This document shows, in pieces, positions 14,408 to 14,589 of a stretch of DNA of 14,589 nucleotides. Under the pieces are notes generated by a model, which had not been told where the DNA came from, searched no databases, and saw nothing but the letters and a program-made list of their open reading frames with translations. Positions within the stretch are counted from its first letter, which is position 1; every line of letters starts with the position of its first letter. Made by a program: the position numbers and the translations under genes. Origin of the DNA: Candidatus Baldrarchaeum yapensis (lineage in GTDB: Archaea; Asgardarchaeota; Baldrarchaeia; Baldrarchaeales; Baldrarchaeaceae); the NCBI GenBank assembly GCA_016840465.1, contig JAEOSH010000052.1, positions 1 through 14,589 on the forward strand. The letters run 5' to 3'.

Positions 14408-14589
14408 TGTAAACACCCTGCTGGCCGACGCACAGAGTTGGTGTAAATCTTACTTATTCTCTTATCACCATTTGCCAACAGGAATGTTCTTGCAACTACT
14501 TTCGAAATTGTTGAAATTTCATCCTCAATGGGTTAATGCCTCAGATGCCCCATTTATTGATAAGAAAAAAATATTCGCAACTCCCACAT

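Noticed and set aside
14417-14589. Possible 3' end of an upstream gene, such as lutC, at the window edge
   Set aside because: All three minus-strand frames close within about 20 codons of the edge and show no LUD or other recognisable motif; this cannot be resolved without flanking sequence.
1-14589. CRISPR array, tRNA, rRNA, transposase or terminal inverted repeats
   Set aside because: I saw no regularly spaced repeats, cloverleaf, or transposase/integrase motifs. All intergenic gaps are under about 220 nt.

Overview
Archaeal genomic window, probably from a thermophile (PaREP1 and UPF0282 families, TATA boxes, GGTGA/GGGGTG Shine-Dalgarno motifs, many GTG/TTG starts, Lys/Glu-rich proteins). 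An Asgard-type host is suspected from the surface protein, but that is inference only. It holds 14 intact-looking CDS and one pseudogene: a 1140-aa type I membrane surface protein (DUF2341-like, PA14 and about 7 Ig-like domains); an acyl-CoA dehydrogenase-fold protein lacking both canonical catalytic glutamates; an overlapping three-gene unit (PaREP1, small helical protein, MenT1/AbiEii-like nucleotidyltransferase); an iron-sulfur flavoprotein; an EamA transporter; a coiled-coil PD-(D/E)XK-fold protein; a second PaREP1; an M20 peptidase; an AbrB-type antitoxin with a frameshifted vapC remnant; a UPF0282 metallo-beta-lactamase-fold hydrolase; and a CCG-domain/LutB lactate-utilisation-type pair. 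I saw no tRNA, rRNA, CRISPR array or transposase. Family assignments come from motif recognition by eye, not from database searches. Best leads: the PaREP1/MenA1-like/MenT1-like unit, the Glu-less ACAD and the PA14/Ig surface protein.
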